Part shown: piece by piece, positions 38,483 through 52,700 of the stretch
Numbering within the stretch: the stretch's first letter is position 1
Layout: each line of letters opens with the position of its first letter
NCBI GenBank assembly: GCA_048128005.1
Contig: JBEUKZ010000123.1
Coordinates: 124,001-188,000, forward strand
Length of the DNA stretch: 64,000 nt
Reading direction: 5' to 3'
Origin: Veleropilina oligotropha
Lineage: Eukaryota
Made by a program: the position numbers and the translations under genes
Notes under the pieces: model-generated
Database searches by the model: none
What the model saw: the letters and a program-made list of their open reading frames with translations, nothing else
What the model was told of the DNA's origin: nothing

Positions 38483-40717
38483 TTAAAGCTGCTAGCAGCT
38501 GTGCAGGGCTTCAAGTTAGAGCCATGTTATCGCATTAATTAGTTGAACACAAAACACACCTTTTCTGCTCATTTAGTCAATAATTGTCAGCAGTAAGTCT
38601 ACCCACTATCGGCACATATATGCGTTCTTTCCTTAATATGTCAATTATAGCAGCGTAGGTCACATGAGGTCAAAGTCGCGATGAAATTTGAAAGTTCACC
38701 CATGATTCCCATAGGCTTCATACTGTAACTATGTGTCTATGATGCACCATTTAAAAAAACAATTAATGAAATATTTTTTTCATTTTATAATATGCATATG
38801 GCCACTCTGAATCGAATGGCCAGTAGTTTCATAATGCTACGCCCAGTAGTTCTCGAGATATGGCCATTTTAAAAATTATTTTGGCGGCCATTTTGTTTTT
38901 TTTGATCGAAATTGTTTTTTGACCTAATTTAAAATATCTACGCTGTAGGATCATTCTACGCCCAGTAGTTCTCGAGATATGTCCATTTTAAAAATTATTT
39001 TGGCGGCCATTTTGTTTTTTTAATCGAAATATTTTTTTGACCTAATTTAAAATATCTAAGCTCTAGGATCAGTTTTAACCTAGTTAGCCCCTTTTATGAC
39101 CAGATATGGCCATTTTAAAAATTATTTTGGCGGCCATTTTGTTTTTTTTGATCGAAATTGTTTTTTGACCTAATTTAAAATATCTAAGCTGTAGGATCAG
39201 TCTACGCCCAGTAGTTCTCGAGATATGGCCAATTTAAAAATTATTTTGGCGGTCATTTTTTTTTTTTTTAATCGAAATTTTGTTTTGACCAAATTTAAAA
39301 TATCTAAGCTCTAGGATCAGTTTTAACCTAGTTAGCCCCTTTTATGACCATTTTCTATGGTTCAAATAGGCAAACTAAGATTTTTCCTCAATTAGGTCAT
39401 TTAGAGCAATGTAGGTCATCTGAGGTCAAAGGTCAAGGTGGATTTGGAATACCCACCCATGACTTCCCATAGGCTCCCTATAGTACCCATGTCTCTAATT
39501 TCATTATTTAACTTTTTTTTTAAATTATTTCAATTTGTAAAATTTTAATTCAAAATTGCCGCCGGCTAAAGTCGAAATTCAAAAATCCGCTCTTATATCA
39601 CTCTAGACAATAAGTGCTGGTATATAAATATGTAAATCATGCAGCTCCGGGTTCATTATTGACAAAGTTATTCCAGGGTTTGATATTATGACGTAATTCA
39701 AGATGGCCGCCAGACTACTAGCGCCACCTATCTGATAAACCGCGCCACACAACTTCAGTATGGTATGATCATAGATGATGACTAACAATTAAGCAGCTAT
39801 AGCGGTAATTGAGCTACGGCCGCCACAAAATCGTCCGGAATAATAATAATAATAATTAAATTTAAAATGTTCAAATGGAGATATCTCGAAAAGTACGTGG
39901 CGTACGAACCTGAAATTTGCGGCATTCGATTCAGAATTATAATATAAATATACAAAAATGAAGAAAAATAATTTTTGTACAAGTTTAAATTTTTTTAAAT
40001 TTAAAAAAAAAATTAATGAAATATTTTTTCATTTTATAATATGCATATGGCCACTCTGAATCGAATGGCCAGTAGTTTCATAATTCTACGCCCAGTAGTT
40101 CTCGAGATCTGGCCTTTTTAAAAATTATTTTGGCGGCCATTTTGTTTTTTTATCGAAAATTTTTTTTGACCTAATTTAAAATATCTAAGCTCTAGGATCA
40201 GTTTTAACCTAGTTAGCCCCTTTTATGACCATTTTCTATGGCCCAAATAGGCAACCTAAGATTTTTCCTTAATTAGGTCATTTAGAGCAATGTAGGTCAT
40301 CTGAGGTCAAAGGTCAAGGTGGATTTGGAATACCCACCCATGACTTCCCATAGGCTCCCTATAGTACCCATGTCTCTAATTCCATTATTTAAATTTTTTT
40401 TTAATTATTTCAATTTGTAAAATTTTAATTCAAAATTGCCGCCGGCTAAAGTCGAAATTCAAAAATCCGCTCTTATATCACTCTAGACAATAAGTGCTGG
40501 TATATAAATATGTAAATCATGCAGCTCCGGGTTCATTATTAACAAAGTTATTCCAGGGTTTGATATTATGACGTAATTCAAGATGGCCGCCAGACTACTA
40601 GCGCCACCTATCTGATAAACCGCGCCACACAACTTCAGTATGGTATGATCATAGATGATGACTAACAATTAAGCAGCTATAGCGGTTATTGAGCTACGGC
40701 CGTTACAAAATCGTCCG

Positions 40718-40754
<37 letters not shown>

Positions 40755-43700
40755 TAAAGCTGCTAGCAGCTGTGCAGGGCTTCAAGTTAGAGCCATGTTT
40801 ACGCATTAATTAGTTGAACACAAAACACACCTAAATGTTTTAGAATTTTATTTAAATTTTTTTTTAAAAATTGAAAGTTTTTCGAATTTTTTTTTATTTC
40901 CATTCAAAATATCTAAGCTCTAGCATCAATATTAACCGAGTTGGCCATTTCGTGACCATTTTCTGGCAAAAATAGGGCGTTTCCCTTAATTAGGTCATGT
41001 ACTGCAATGTAGGTCAACTGAGGTCGAAGGTCAAGGTCACATGTGCAAGATGAACCATGACTTCACATAGGCTCCCCATAGTAACTGTGTCTGCGGCGCA
41101 TCCTTTTTGATATATTGCCACTTTAAACAAATGCTTTAATGGCCGGCGAGGCACTTCCTGTTTTTCGATTTTATCACTTAAATTGATAAATGTCGACTAC
41201 AGACATCAATAGTAGTTCTCTTGAACCACTATGGGCACACATGTATGCATTTTTCCGTAATTAGGTCATTTCCTGCAATGTAGGTCACCTGAGGTCAAAG
41301 GTCAAGGTCATTTTCGAAAGCCCACCCATGACTTGCCATAGGCTCCCCATAGTAACCATGGGTCTACGTTGCATCCTTTCCAAGACATAGCCATTTTAAA
41401 TTTTATTTAAATTTTTTAAATTGAAAGTTTTTCGAATTTTTTTATTATTTCCATTCAAAATATCTAAGCTCTAGCATCAATATTAACCGAGTTGGCCATT
41501 TCGTGACCATTTCCTGGCAAAAATAGGGCGTTTTCCTTAATTAGGTCATTTACTGCAATGTAGGTCAACTGAGGTCAAAGGTCAAGGTCACATGTGAAAG
41601 ATGAACCATGACTTCCCATAGGCTCCCCATAGTAACTATGTGTCTGCGGCGCATCCTTTTTGATATATTGCCACTTGAAACAAATGCTTTAATGGCCGGC
41701 GAGGCACTTCCTGTTTTTCGATTTTATCACGTAAATTTGATAAATGTCGCCTACAGACATCAATAGTAGTTCTCTTGAACCACTATGGGCACACATGTAT
41801 GCATTTTTCCTTAATTAGGTCATTTCCTGCAATGTAGGTCACCTGAGGTCAAAGGTCAAGGTCATTTTCGAAAGCCCACCCATGACTTCCCATAGGCTCC
41901 CCATAGTAACCATGGGTCTACGTTGCATCATTTCCAAGGTATAGCCATTTTAAATTGATTTAAGTATGGCCGCCGATTAAATTAAAAATTCAAAAATCCA
42001 CTCTCATGACATTTTTGACAAGCGACTCTGGCATCCGAATATACTAATCATGTCCCGCTAGGTTAAATATTAACAAAGTTATAAAAGAAGCTAGTTTATG
42101 ACGTAATCCAAGATGGCCGCCAGACTACTAGCGCCACCTATCTGATAAACCGCGCCACACAACTTCAGTATGGTATGATCATATATGATGACTAACAATT
42201 AAGCAGCTATAGCGGTTATTGAGCTACGGCTGCCACAAAATCGTCCGGAATAATAATAATAATAAGAAGAAGAATAATAATAAGAATAGAAATTCTAATA
42301 AAAACAATAGGTCTTCAAGCCTGAAGTGCTTGAAGCCCTAATAATAATAGAGAACGGAATAAAACCAATAGGTCTTCAAGCCTGAAGTGCTTGAAGCCCT
42401 AATTAAAGCTGCTAGCAGCTGTGCAGGGCTTCAAGTTAGAGCCATGTTATCGCATTAATTAGTGAACAAAAAAAAACACCTAAATTTTTTAGAATTTTTT
42501 TAAATTTTATTTAAGTTTTTCGAATTTTTTTATTATTTCCATTCAAAATATCTAAGCTCTAGCATCAATATTAACCGAGTTGGCCATTTCGTGACCATTT
42601 TCTGGCAAAAATAGGGCGTTTCCCTTAATTAGGTCATTTACTGCAATGTAGGTCAACTGAGGTCAAAGGTCAAGGTCACATGTGAAAGATGAACCATGAC
42701 TTCCCATAGGCTCCCCATAGTAACTATGTGTCTGCGGTGCATCCTTTTTGATATATTGCCACTTGAAACAAATGCTTTAATGGCCGGCGAGGCACTTCCT
42801 GTTTTTCGATTTTATCACGTAAATTTGATAAATGTCGACTACAGACATCAATAGTAGTTCTCTTGAACCACTATGGGCACACATGTATGCATTTTTCCTT
42901 AATTAGGTCATTTCCTGCAATGTAGGTCACCTGAGGTCGAAGGTCAAGGTCATTTTCGAAAGCCCACCCATGACTTCCCATAGGCTCCCCATAGTAACCA
43001 TGGGTCTACGTTGCATCATTTCCACGATATAGCCATTTTAAATTGATTTCAGTATGGCTGAAAATTTAAAATGTTCAAATGGAGATATCTCGAAAAGTAC
43101 GTGGCGTACGAACCTGAAATTTGCGGCATTCGATTCAGAATTATAATATAAATATACAAAAATGAAGAAATTTTTTTTTGTAAAAGTTTAATTTTTTTTA
43201 AATTTAAAAAAAAAATTAATGAAATATTTTTTTCATTTTATAATATGCATATGGCCACTCTGAACCGAATGGCCAGTAGTTTCATAATTCTACGCCCAGT
43301 AGTTCTCGAGATCTGGCCATTTTAAAAATTATTGTGGCGGCCATTTTGTTTTTTTTGATCGAATTTTTTTTTGACCTAATTTAAAATATCTAAGCTCTAG
43401 GATCAGTTTTAACCTAGTTAGCCCCTTTTATGACCATTTTCTATGGCCCAAATAGGCAAACTAAGATTTTTCCTTAATTAGGTCATTTAGAGCAAAGTAG
43501 GTCATCTGAGGTCAAAGGTCAAGGTGGATTTGGAACACCCACCCATGACTTCCCATAGGCTCCCTATAGTACCCATGTCTCAAATTCCATTATTTAAATT
43601 TTTTTTTAAATTATTTTAATTTGTAAAATTTTAATTCAAAATTGCCGCTGGCTCAAGTCGAAATTCAAAAATCCGCTCTTATATCACTCTAGACAATAAG

Positions 43701-46700
43701 TGCTGGTATATAAATATGTAAATCATGCAGCTACGGGTTCATTATTAACAAAGTTATTCCAGGGTTTGATATTATGACGTAATTCAAGATGGCCGCCAGA
43801 CCACTAGCGCCACCTATCTGATAAACCGCGCCACACAACTTCAGTATGGTATGATCATAGATGATGACTAACAATTAAGCAGCTATAGCGGTTATTGAGC
43901 TACGGCCGACACAAAATCGTCCGGAATAATAATAATAATAATTAAAGCTGCTAGCAGCTATGCAGGGCTTCAAGTTAGAGCCATGTTATCGCATTAATTA
44001 GTTGAACACAAAACACCTTTTCTGCTCATTTAGTCAATAAGTGTCAGCAGTAAGTCTACCCACTATCGGCACATATATGCGTTCTTTCCTTAATATGTCA
44101 ATTATAGCAGCGTAGGTCACATGAGGTCAAAGTCGCGATGAAATTTGAAAGTTCACCCATGATTCCCATAGGCTTCATACTGTAACTGTGTGTCTATGAT
44201 GCACCATTTAAAAAAAAAATTAATGAAATATTTTGTTCATTTTATAATATGCATATGGCCACTCTGAATCGAATGGCCAGTAGTTTCATAATTCAACGCC
44301 CAGTAGTTCTCGAGATATGGCCATTTTAAAAATCTTAGCTCTAGGATCAGTTTTAACCTAGTTAGCCCCTTTTATGACCAGATATGGCCATTTTAAAAAT
44401 TATTTTGGCGGCCATTTTGTTTTTTTTGATCGAAATTTTTTGTTGACCCAATTTAAAATATCTAAGCTGTAGGATCAGTCTACGCCCAGTAGTTCTCGAG
44501 ATATGGCCATTTTAAAAATTATTTTGGCGGCCATTTTTTTTTTTTAATAGAAATTTTTTTTTGACCTAATTTAAAATATCTAAGCTCTAGGATCAGTTTT
44601 AACCTAGTTAGCCCCTTTTATGACCATTTTCTATGGCCCAAATAGGCAAACTAAGATTTTTCCTTAATTAGGTCATTTAGAGCAATGTAGGTCATCTGAG
44701 GTCAAAGGTCAAGGTGGATTTGGAATACCCACCCATGACTTCCCATAGGCTCCCTATAGTACCCATGTCTCTAATTCCATTATTTAAATTTTTTTTAAAT
44801 TATTTCAATTTGTAAAATTTTAATTCAAAATTGCCGCCGGCTAAAGTCGAAATTCAAAAATCCGCTCTTATATCACTCTAGACAATAAGTGCTGGTATAT
44901 AAATATGTAAATCATGCAGCTCCGGGTTCATTATTAACAAAGTTATTCCAGGGTTTGATATTATGACGTAATTCAAGATGGCCGCCAGACTACTAGCGCC
45001 ACCTATCTGATAAACCGCGCCACACAACTTCAGTATGGTATGATCATAGATGATGACTAACAATTAAGCAGCTATAGCGGTTATTGAGCTACGGCCGACA
45101 CAAAATCGTCCGGAATAATAATAATAAGAAGAATTAAAGCTGCTAGCAGCTGTGCAGGGCTTCAAGTTAGAGCCATGTTATCGCATTAATTAGTTGAACA
45201 CAAAACACACCTAAATTTTTTAGAATTTTTTTAAATTTTAAATGTTTTTGAAAGTTTGAAATTGAAAGTTTTTCGATTTTTTTTATTATTTACATTCAAA
45301 ATATCTAAGCTCTAGCATCAATATTAACCGAGTTGGCCATTTCGTGACCATTTTCTGGCAAAAAAAGGGCGTTTCCCTTAATTAGGTCATTTACTGCAAT
45401 GTAGGTTAACTGAGGTCAAAGGTCAATGTCACATGTGAAAGATGAACCATGACTTCCCATAGGCTCCCCATAGTAAGTATGTGTCTGCGGTGCATACTTT
45501 TTGATATATTGCCACTTGAAATTTTATTTTTTATTTTTTTTTTAAATTGAAAGTTTTTCGAATTTTTTTATTATTTACATTCAAAATATCTAAGCTCTAG
45601 CATCAATATTAACCGAGTTGGCCATTTCGTGAACATTTTCTGGCAAAAATAGGGCGTTTCCCTTAATTAGGTCATTTACTGCAATGTAGGTCAACTGAGG
45701 TCAAAGGTCAAGGTCACATGTGAAAGATGAACCATGACTTCCCATAGGCTCCCCATAGTAACTATGTGTCTGCGGTGCATCCTTTTTGATATATTGCCAC
45801 TTGAAACAAATGCTTTAATGGCTGGCGAGGCACTTCCTGTTTTTCGATTTTATCACGTAAATTTGATAAATGTCGACTACAGACATCAATAGTAGTTCTC
45901 TTGAACCACTATGGGCACATCCTTTTTTGATATATTGCCACTTGAAACAAATGCTTTAATGGCTGGCGAGGCACTTCCCGTTTTTCGATTTTATCACGTA
46001 AATTTGATAAATGTCGACTACAGACATCAATAGTAGTTCTCTTGAACCACTATGGGCACACATGTATGCATTTTTCCTTAATTAGGCCATTTCCTGCAAT
46101 GTAGGTCACCTGAGTCCAAAGGTCAAGGTCATTTTCGAAAGCCCACCCATGACTTCCCATAGGCTCCCCATAGTAACCATGGGTCTACGTTGCATCATTT
46201 CCAAGATTTAGCCATTTTAAATTGATTTCAGTATGGCCGCCGGTTAAATTTAAAATGTTCAAATGGAGATATCTCGAAAAGTACGTGGCGTACGAACCTG
46301 AAATTTGCGGCATTCGATTCAGAATTATAATATAAATATACAAAAATGAAGAAAAATAATTTTTGTAAAAGTTTAATTTTTTTTAAATTTAAAAAAAAAT
46401 TAATGAAATTTGTTTTTCATTTTATAATATGCATATGGCCACTCTGAATCGAATGGCCAGTAGTTTCATGATTCTACGCCCAGTAGTTCTCGAGATCTGG
46501 CCATTTTACAAATTATTTTGGCGGCCATTTTGTTTTTTTTGATCGAAATTTTTTTTTGACCTAATTTAAAATATCTAAGCTCTAGGATCAGTTTTAACCT
46601 AGTTAGCCCCTTTTATGACCATTTTCTATGGTCCAAATAGGCAAACTAAGATTTTTCCTTAATTAGGTCATTTAGAGCAATGTAGGTCATCTGAGGTCAA

Positions 46701-49700
46701 AGGTCAAGGTGGATTTGGAATACCCACCCATGACTTCCCATAGGCTCCCTATAGTACCCATGTCTCTAATTCCATTATTTAAATTTTTTTTTTAATTATT
46801 TCAATTTGTAAAATTTTAATTCAAAATTGCCGCCGGCTAAAGTCGAAATTAAAAAATCCGCTCTTATATCACTCTAGACAAAAAGTGCTGGTATATAAAT
46901 ATGTAAATCATGCAGCTCCGGGTTCATTATTAACAAAGTTATTCCAGGGTTTGATATTATGACGTAATTCAAGATGGCCGCCAGACTACTAGCACCACCT
47001 ATCTGATAAACCGCGCCACACAACTTCAGTATGGTATGATCATAGATGATGACTAACAATTAAGCAGCTATAGCGGTTATTGAGCTACGGCCGACACAAA
47101 ATCGTCCGGAATAATAATAATAATAATAATAATAATTAAAGCTGCTAGCAGCTGTGCAGGGCTTCAAGTTAGAGCCATGTTATCGCATTAATTAGTTGAA
47201 CACAAAACACACCTTTTCTGCTCATTTAGTCAATAATTGTCAGCAGTAAGTCTACCCACTATCGGCACATATATGCGTTCTTTCCTTAATATGTCAATTA
47301 TAGCAGCGTAGGTCACATGAGGTCAAAGTCGCGATGAAATTTGAAAGTTCACCCATGATTCCCATAGGCTTCATACTGTAACGATGTGTCTATGATGCAC
47401 CATTTAAAAAAACAATTAATGAAATATTTTTTTCATTTTATAATATGCATATGGCCACTCTGAATCGAATGGCCAGTAGTTTCATAATGCTACGCCCAGT
47501 AGTTCTCGAGATATGGCCATTTTAAAAATTATTTTGGCGGCCATTTTTTTTTTTTGATGGAAATTTTTTTTTGACCTAATTTAAAATATCTATGCTGTAG
47601 GATCAGTCTACGCCCAGTAGTTCTCGAGATATGTCCATTTTAAAAATTATTTTGGCGGCCATTTTGTTTTTTTAATCGAAATATTTGTTTGACCTAATTT
47701 AAAATATCTAAGCTCTAGGATCAGTTTTAACATAGTTAGCCCCTTTTATGACCAGATATGGTCATTTTAAAAAATATTTTGGCGGCCATTTTGTTTTTTT
47801 TGATCGAAATTTTTTTTTGACCTAATTTAAAATATCTAAGCTGTAGGATCAGTCTACGCCCAGTAGTTCTCGAGATATGGCCATTTTAAAAATTATTTTG
47901 GCGGCCATTTTTTTTTTTTTTTTTTTAATCGAAATTTTTTTTTGACCTAATTTAAAATATCTAAGCTCTAGGATCAGTTTTAACCTAGTTAGCCCCTTTT
48001 ATGACCATTTTCTATGGTCCAAATAGGCAAACTAAGATTTTTCCTCAATTAGGTCATTTAGAGCAATGTAGGTCATCTGAGGTCAAAGGTCAAGGTGGAT
48101 TTGGAATACCCACCCATGACTTCCCATAGGCTCCCTATAGTACCCATGTCTCTAATTTCATTATTTAACTTTTTTTTTAAATTATTTCAATTTGTAAAAT
48201 TTTAATTCAAAATTGCCGCCGGCTAAAGTCGAAATTCGAAAATCCGCTCTTATATCACTCTAGACAATAAGTGCTGGTATATAAATATGTAAATCATGCA
48301 GCTCCGGGTTCATTATTGACCAAGTTATTCCAGGGTTTGATATTATGACGTAATTCAAGATGGCCGCCAGACTACTAGCACCACCTATCTGATAAACCGC
48401 GCCACACAACTTCAGTATGGTATGATCATAGATGATGACTAACAATTAAGCAGCTATAGCGGTAATTGAGCTACGGCCGCCACAAAATCGTCCGGAATAA
48501 TAATAATAATAATAATAGAGATCGGAATAAAAACAATAGGTCTTCAAGCCTGAAGTGCTTGAAGCCCTAATTAAAGCTGCTAGCAGCTGTGCAGGGCTTC
48601 AAGTTAGAGCCATGTTATCGCATTAATTAGTTGAACACAAAACACACCTACATTTTTTAGATTTTTTTTAAATTTTATTTAAATTTTTTTTAAAAATTGA
48701 AAGTTTTTCGAATTTTTTTTTATTTCCATTCAAAATATCTAAGCTCTAGCATCAATATTAACCGAGTTGGCCATTTCGTGACCATTTCCTGGCAAAAATA
48801 GGGCGTTTCCCTTAATTATGTCATTTACTGCAATGTAGGTCAACTGAGGTCAAAGGTCAAGGTCACATGTGCAAGATGAACCATGACTTCCCATAGGCTC
48901 CCCATAGTAACTATGTGTCTGCGGTGCATCCTTTTTGATATATTGCCACTTGAAACAAATGCTTTAATGGCCGGCGAGGCACTTCCTGTTTTTCGATTTT
49001 ATCACGTAAATTTGATAAATGTCGACTACAGACATCAATAGTAGTTCTCTTGAACCACTATGGGCACACATGTATGCATTTTTCCTTAATTAGGTCATTT
49101 CCTGCAATGTAGGTCACCTGAGGTCAAAGGTCAAGGTCATTTTCGAAAGCCCACTCATGACTTCCCATAGGCTCCCCATAGTAACCATGGGTCTACGTTG
49201 CATCATTTCCAAGGTATAGCCATTTTAAATTTTATTTAAAAAAAAATTTAAAATTGAAAGTTTTTCGATTTTTTTTATTATTTCCATTCAAAATATCTAA
49301 GGTCTAGCATCAATATTAACCGAGTTGGCCATTTCGTGACCATTTCCTGGCAAAAATAGGGCGTTTCCCTTAATTAGATCATTTACTGCAATGTAGGTCA
49401 ACTGAGGTCAAAGGTCAAGGTCACATGTGAAAGATGAACCATGACTTCCCATAGGCTCCCCATAGTAACTATCTGTCTGCGGTGCATCCTTTTTGATATA
49501 TTGCCACTTGAAACAAATGCTTTAATGGTCGCCGAGGCACTTCCTGTATTTCGATTTTATCACGTAAATTTGATAAATGCCGACTACAGACATCAATAGT
49601 AGTTCACTTCAACCACTATGGGCACACATGTATGCATTTTTTCTTAATTAGGTCATTTCCTGCAATGTAGGTCACCTGAGGTCGAAGGTCAAGGTCATTT

Positions 49701-52700
49701 TCGAAAGCCCACCCATGACTTCCCATAGGCTCCCCATAGTAACCATGGGTCTACGTTGCATCATTTCCAAGATTTAGCCATTTTAAATTGATTTCAGTAT
49801 GGCCGCCGGTTAAATTTAAAATGTTCAAATGGAGATATCTCGAAAAGTACGTGGCGTACGAACCTGAAATTTGCGGCATTCGATTCAGAATTATAATATA
49901 AATATACAAAAATGAAGAAAAATAATTTTTGTAAAAGTTTAAATTTTTTTAAATTTAAAAAAAAAATTAATGAAATATTTTTTCATTTTATAATATGCAT
50001 ATGGCCACTCTGAATCGAATGGCCAGTAGTTTCATAATTCTACGCCCAGTAGTTCTCGAGATCTGGCCATTTTAAAAATTATTTTGGCGGCCATTTTGTT
50101 TTTTTTTATCGAAAATTTTTTTTGACCTAATTTAAAATATCTAAGCTCTAGGATCAGTTTTAACCTAGTTAGCCCCTTTTATGACCATTTTCTATGGCCC
50201 AAATAGGCAACCTAAGATTTTTCCTTAATTAGGTCATTTAGAGCAATGTAGGTCATCTGAGGTCAAAGGTCAAGGTGGATTTGGAATACCCACCCATGAC
50301 TTCCCATAGGCTCCCTATAGTACCCATGTCTCTAATTCCATTATTTAATTTTTTTTTTAATTATTTCAATTTGTAAAATTTTAATTCAAAATTGCCGCCG
50401 GCTAAAGTCGAAATTCAAAAATCCGCTCTTATATCACTCTAGACAATAAGTGCTGGTATATAAATATGTAAATCATGCAGCTCCGGGTTCATTATTAACA
50501 AAGTTATTCCAGGGTTTGATATTATGACGTAATTCAAGATGGCCGCCAGACTACTAGCGCCACCTATCTGATAAACCGCGCCACACAACTTCAGTATGGT
50601 ATGATCATAGATGATGACTAACAATTAAGCAGCTATAGCGGTTATTGAGCTACGGCCGTTACAAAATCGTCCGGAATAATAATAATAATAATAATAATAA
50701 TTAAAGCTGCTAGCAGCTGTGCAGGGCTTCAAGTTAGAGCCAAGTTATCGCATTAATTAGTTGAACACAAAACACACCTAAATTTTTTAGAATTTTTTTA
50801 AATTTTAAATGTTTTTGAAAGTTTGAAATTGAAAGTTTTTCGATTTTTTTTATTATTTCCATTCAAAATATCTAAGCTCTAGCATCAATATTAACCGAGT
50901 TGGCCATTTCGTGACCATTTTCTGGCAAAAAAAGGGCGTTTCCCTTAATTAGGTCATTTACTGCAATGTAGGTCAACTGAGGTCAAAGGTCAATGTCACA
51001 TGTGAAAGATGAACCATGACTTCCCATAGGCTCCCCATAGTAAGTATGTGTCTGCGGTGCATACTTTTTGATATATTGCCACTTGAAATTTTATTTATTA
51101 TTTTTTTTTTAAATTGAAAGTTTTTCGATTTGTTTTATTATTTCCATTCAAAATATCTAAGCTCTAGCATCAATATTAACCGAGTTGGCCATTTCGTGAC
51201 CATTTTCTGGCAAAAATAGGGCGTTTCCCTTAATTAGGTCATTTACTGCAATGTAGGTCAACTGAGGTCAAAGGTCAAGGTCACATGTGAAAGATGAACC
51301 ATGACTTCCCATAGGCTCCCCATAGTAACTATGTGTCTGCGGTGCATCCTTTTTGATATATTGCCACTTGAAACAAATGCTTTAATGGCTGGCGAGACAC
51401 TTCCTGTTTTTCGATTTTATCACGTAAATTTGATAAATGTCGACTACAGACATCAATAGTAGTTCTCTTGAACCACTATGGGCACACATGTATGCATTTT
51501 TCCTTAATTAGGCCATTTCCTGCAATGTAGGTCACCTGAGTCCAAAGGTCAAGGTCATTTTCGAAAGCCCACCCATGACTTCCCATAGGCTCCCCATAGT
51601 AACCATGGGTCTACGTTGCATCATTTCCAAGATTTAGCCATTTTAAATTGATTTCAGTATGGCCGCCGGTTAAATTTAAAATGTTCAAATGGAGATATCT
51701 CGAAAAGTACGTGGCGTACGAACCTGAAATTTGCGGCATTCGATTCAGAATTATAATATAAATATACAAAAATGAAGAAAAATAATTTTGTAAAAGTTTA
51801 ATTTTTTTTAAATTTAAAAAAAAAATTAATGAAATATTTTTTTCATTTTATAATATGCATATGGCCACTCTGAATCGAATGGCCAGTAGTTTCATGATTC
51901 TACGCCCAGTAGTTCTCGAGATCTGGCCATTTTACAAATTATTTTGGTGGCCATTTTGTTTTTTTGATCGAAAATTTTTTTTGACCTAATTTAAAATATC
52001 TAAGCTCTAGGATCAGTTTTAACCTAGTTAGCCCCTTTTATGACCATTTTCTATCGCCCAAATAGGCAAACTAAGATTTTTCCTTAATTAGGTCATTTAG
52101 AGCAATGTAGGTCATCTGAGGTCAAAGGTCAAGGTGGATTTGGAATACCCACCCATGACTTCCCATAACCTCCCTATAGTACCCATGTCTCTAATTCCAT
52201 TATTTAAATTTTTTTTTAAATTATTTCAATTTGTAAAATTTTAATTCAAAATTGCCGCCGGCTAAAGTCGAAATTCAAAAATCCGCTCTTATATCACTCT
52301 AGACAATAAGCGCTGGTATATAAATATGTAAATCATGCAGCTCCGGGTTCATTATTAACAAAGTTATTCCAGGGTTTGATATTATGACGTAATTCAAGAT
52401 GGCCGCCAGACTACTAGCGCCACCTATCTGATAAACCGCGCCACACAACTTCAGTATGGTATGATCATAGATGATGACTAACAATTAAGCAGCTATAGCG
52501 GTTATTGAGCTACGGCCGACACAAAATCGTCCGGAATAATAATAATAATAATTAAAAAAACAATTAATGAAATATTTTTTTCATTTTATAATATGCATAT
52601 GGCCACTCTGAATCGAATGGCCAGTAGTTTCATAATGCTACGCCCAGTAGTTCTCGAGATATGGCCATTTTAAAAATTATTTTGGCGGCCATTTTGTTTT

